From a virus (lineage: Duplodnaviria > Caudoviricetes), in IMG/VR virus record IMGVR_UViG_3300037991_007240, positions 1 to 46,509 of that record: DNA of 46,509 bases; one strand, given 5' to 3'. The translations under genes were made by a program, and so were the position numbers. Positions 45,072 to 46,509 of this stretch are shown one piece after another. The notes under the pieces were generated by a model. The model saw only the letters and a program-made list of their open reading frames with translations. It had not been told where the DNA came from and ran no database searches. Position 1 is the stretch's first letter. Every line of letters begins with the position of its first letter.

Positions 45072-45986
45072 TTAACGAATGGTCGTATACTTAGGGTTGT
45101 TGAAGTTAGCAACAGAAAACCGCTGACGATCTACCAACTTAAATGTACCTAACTGATTGGAGAGAACATAACCCTCTGCAGAAATCTCATCGGACCCGAT
45201 GAATGCACGGGGACCAATATTTCGGCATTGATTCATCAACTCATCCTTCAAAACTATCATCAACCCGTAGAGGTGGCAAAGATTAGAATTGCCCAGAAAA
45301 TCCTCATCTGTGAGTGCCCAACCGTTACGCAGGGCGGTGTTAATATTTTTCTTAATTTGCTTCGCTTCCTTATCAGTCACGAACTCAGTCTTAGACATCA
45401 CCTCGCGGATCAAATCTATGATGGGAGGAATCTCAAACCCGTCCGAACCTTGATAATAATCACCGGACCAAATGTACGCCTTAGGGAACACGAACTTACA
45501 GTAAAAATTATTAGTAATAATAAACTTCATCGGTGCTGCGATAGCATCACGGAGATCAGATTCTGCCGTGTAAACTGTATGCGGAGCGATGATAATTTCT
45601 TCGGTTACGACATCATCGAACTGATACGTAATTGTGTTGGGGGTATACTCATCAGACCCACCGAAACCAATAAAATCGCCCTGAAAAATCATGCCGTTAG
45701 TTTGTGGCAGATAATCAAAACATTTGTGGAGAATATCAGCAACCTCACCCGTGTGGTTAGCATCAATATCCTGGTGAGATTCGTTGATCTTAATCTTCAC
45801 TTTATTGAAGACAGATTTGGTGCCAACGAAGAAGTTTCCGGTGGCAGGATTAGTCCCCCAAACGATAGCGGGAGCGCCATCAACTTTCACAGAAAGATGA
45901 AACTCAGACTTGATAGATTGCAGGAACGAAGTATCACCTGTGAGGATGGTATCTTCGGGGTGTTCGATGTGAAGGTTTTGAGTCAT
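45072..45986 (-). CDS. Ligase-like covalent nucleotidyltransferase-fold protein (DUF6267-like), 304 aa
   Basis: HIEHPED N-terminus, motif I SVKVDGAP, motif III IFQGDF, motif IV AEGYVL and motif V FKLVDR. Confidence 0.7.
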   Translation of the reverse strand: MTQNLHIEHPEDTILTGDTSFLQSIKSEFHLSVKVDGAPAIVWGTNPATGNFFVGTKSVFNKVKIKINESHQDIDANHTGEVADILHKCFDYLPQTNGMIFQGDFIGFGGSDEYTPNTITYQFDDVVTEEIIIAPHTVYTAESDLRDAIAAPMKFIITNNFYCKFVFPKAYIWSGDYYQGSDGFEIPPIIDLIREVMSKTEFVTDKEAKQIKKNINTALRNGWALTDEDFLGNSNLCHLYGLMIVLKDELMNQCRNIGPRAFIGSDEISAEGYVLSNQLGTFKLVDRQRFSVANFNNPKYTTIR

Positions 45987-46015
45987 GATTAAGAAGAAAA
46001 AGTGAAAACAATTGA

Positions 46016-46033
46016 GGGGGGAATTAGTCCCCC
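46016..46033 (-). other. Intergenic hairpin GGGGGA-CTAAT-TCCCCC (weak terminator or processing site)
   Basis: 6-bp GC stem after the 114-aa gene, with a U-rich tract several nt downstream rather than adjacent. Confidence 0.5.
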
Positions 46034-46043
46034 AGAGTTGTCA

Positions 46044-46388
46044 TCAAGCGAGACGCATTCCGTTGGAGAAAGGAATAGTCCGCATTGCCTTTTCTGTCAG
46101 GTCAAACATTTGAATGAACCACTCATATTGTTTCTGGAAAACATACTCACGCTTGGTTCCGCAAGTATATCCAAACTCAGAAAGAAGTGCATTCAGACGT
46201 GACTTTGTGGTCGTTGATTGATAACCACCATCATAAAGTTTGAGGGATACGTCATCAATCTCAGCGATCAGATTTCCGTGGAGATAAACCTTAGAGATAC
46301 CATCTTCGATGATAACGGAGGTGTTATCTTTGCTCCAGTTGATGTCACCTTTGACGGCGGCGATCATTTCGGATTCGATCTTACGCAT
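46044..46388 (-). CDS. Hypothetical early protein, 114 aa
   Basis: MRKIE..M..A, V.LHGNLIA and DGGYQS.TTKSRLNAL. Directly downstream of an early promoter. Confidence 0.85.
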   Translation of the reverse strand: MRKIESEMIAAVKGDINWSKDNTSVIIEDGISKVYLHGNLIAEIDDVSLKLYDGGYQSTTTKSRLNALLSEFGYTCGTKREYVFQKQYEWFIQMFDLTEKAMRTIPFSNGMRLA

Positions 46389-46446
46389 TCAGAGAGAAGA
46401 GAGAAGGGACAAGGGGCGGGAGGGACGCGCTGCCCTCCACTCCCTT

Positions 46447-46504
46447 AAGATAGTCGATTTTGGACGCCGTGCCAAAAAATTGTGACACTTAGTTGATCGT
46501 CCAC
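46447..46504 (-). promoter_or_regulatory. Early sigma70-type promoter with an upstream imperfect palindrome
   Basis: -35 TTGGCA (46475-46470), 17-nt spacer, -10 TATCTT (46452-46447). Upstream lies GTGGACGATCAACTAAGTGTCAC (46504-46482). Confidence 0.72.
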
Positions 46505-46509
46505 CGGCA

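Noticed and set aside
45228-45992. 254-aa plus-strand ORF antisense to the ligase-like gene
   Set aside because: In-register antisense frame with a TTG start and no recognisable motifs. The minus-strand ORF carries the conserved motifs and matches the orientation of all neighbours.

Overview
This window is a 46.5-kb segment of a T4-like myovirus genome. Gene order, proteins and promoter motifs match the T4-like cyanophages (Kyanoviridae-like). All credible genes lie on the minus strand. In transcription order (right to left) it holds: (1) two early genes behind a sigma70-type promoter, one of them a ligase-like nucleotidyltransferase; (2) a structured GC-rich then AT-rich non-coding junction at ~44.9-45.07 kb; (3) a cluster of small genes including an AbrB-like protein, a GT-A glycosyltransferase and a very basic 47-aa peptide; (4) the virion module g25-g6-g7-g8, a DUF4815-type giant protein, adaptor and fibre genes, g13-g14-g15-g16, one 435-aa insert, g17, a Zn-finger ORF, g18-g19-g20, two small core genes, g21-g22-g23, a 51-aa ORF, g3 and the start of uvsY. 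T4-type late promoters (TATAAATA/CATAAATA/CTAAATA) precede most structural units. I found no tRNA, CRISPR array, intron, intein or auxiliary metabolic gene. The most interesting signals are: a modular Lys/Cys-rich protein between g16 and g17 that looks like a gp21-processed polyprotein; a nested, circularly permuted domain insertion in the tail sheath that is shared with baseplate proteins; several small ORFs missed by the ORF track; and structured RNA/DNA elements at the early/late boundary. All family assignments come from motif recognition and synteny, not from database searches.
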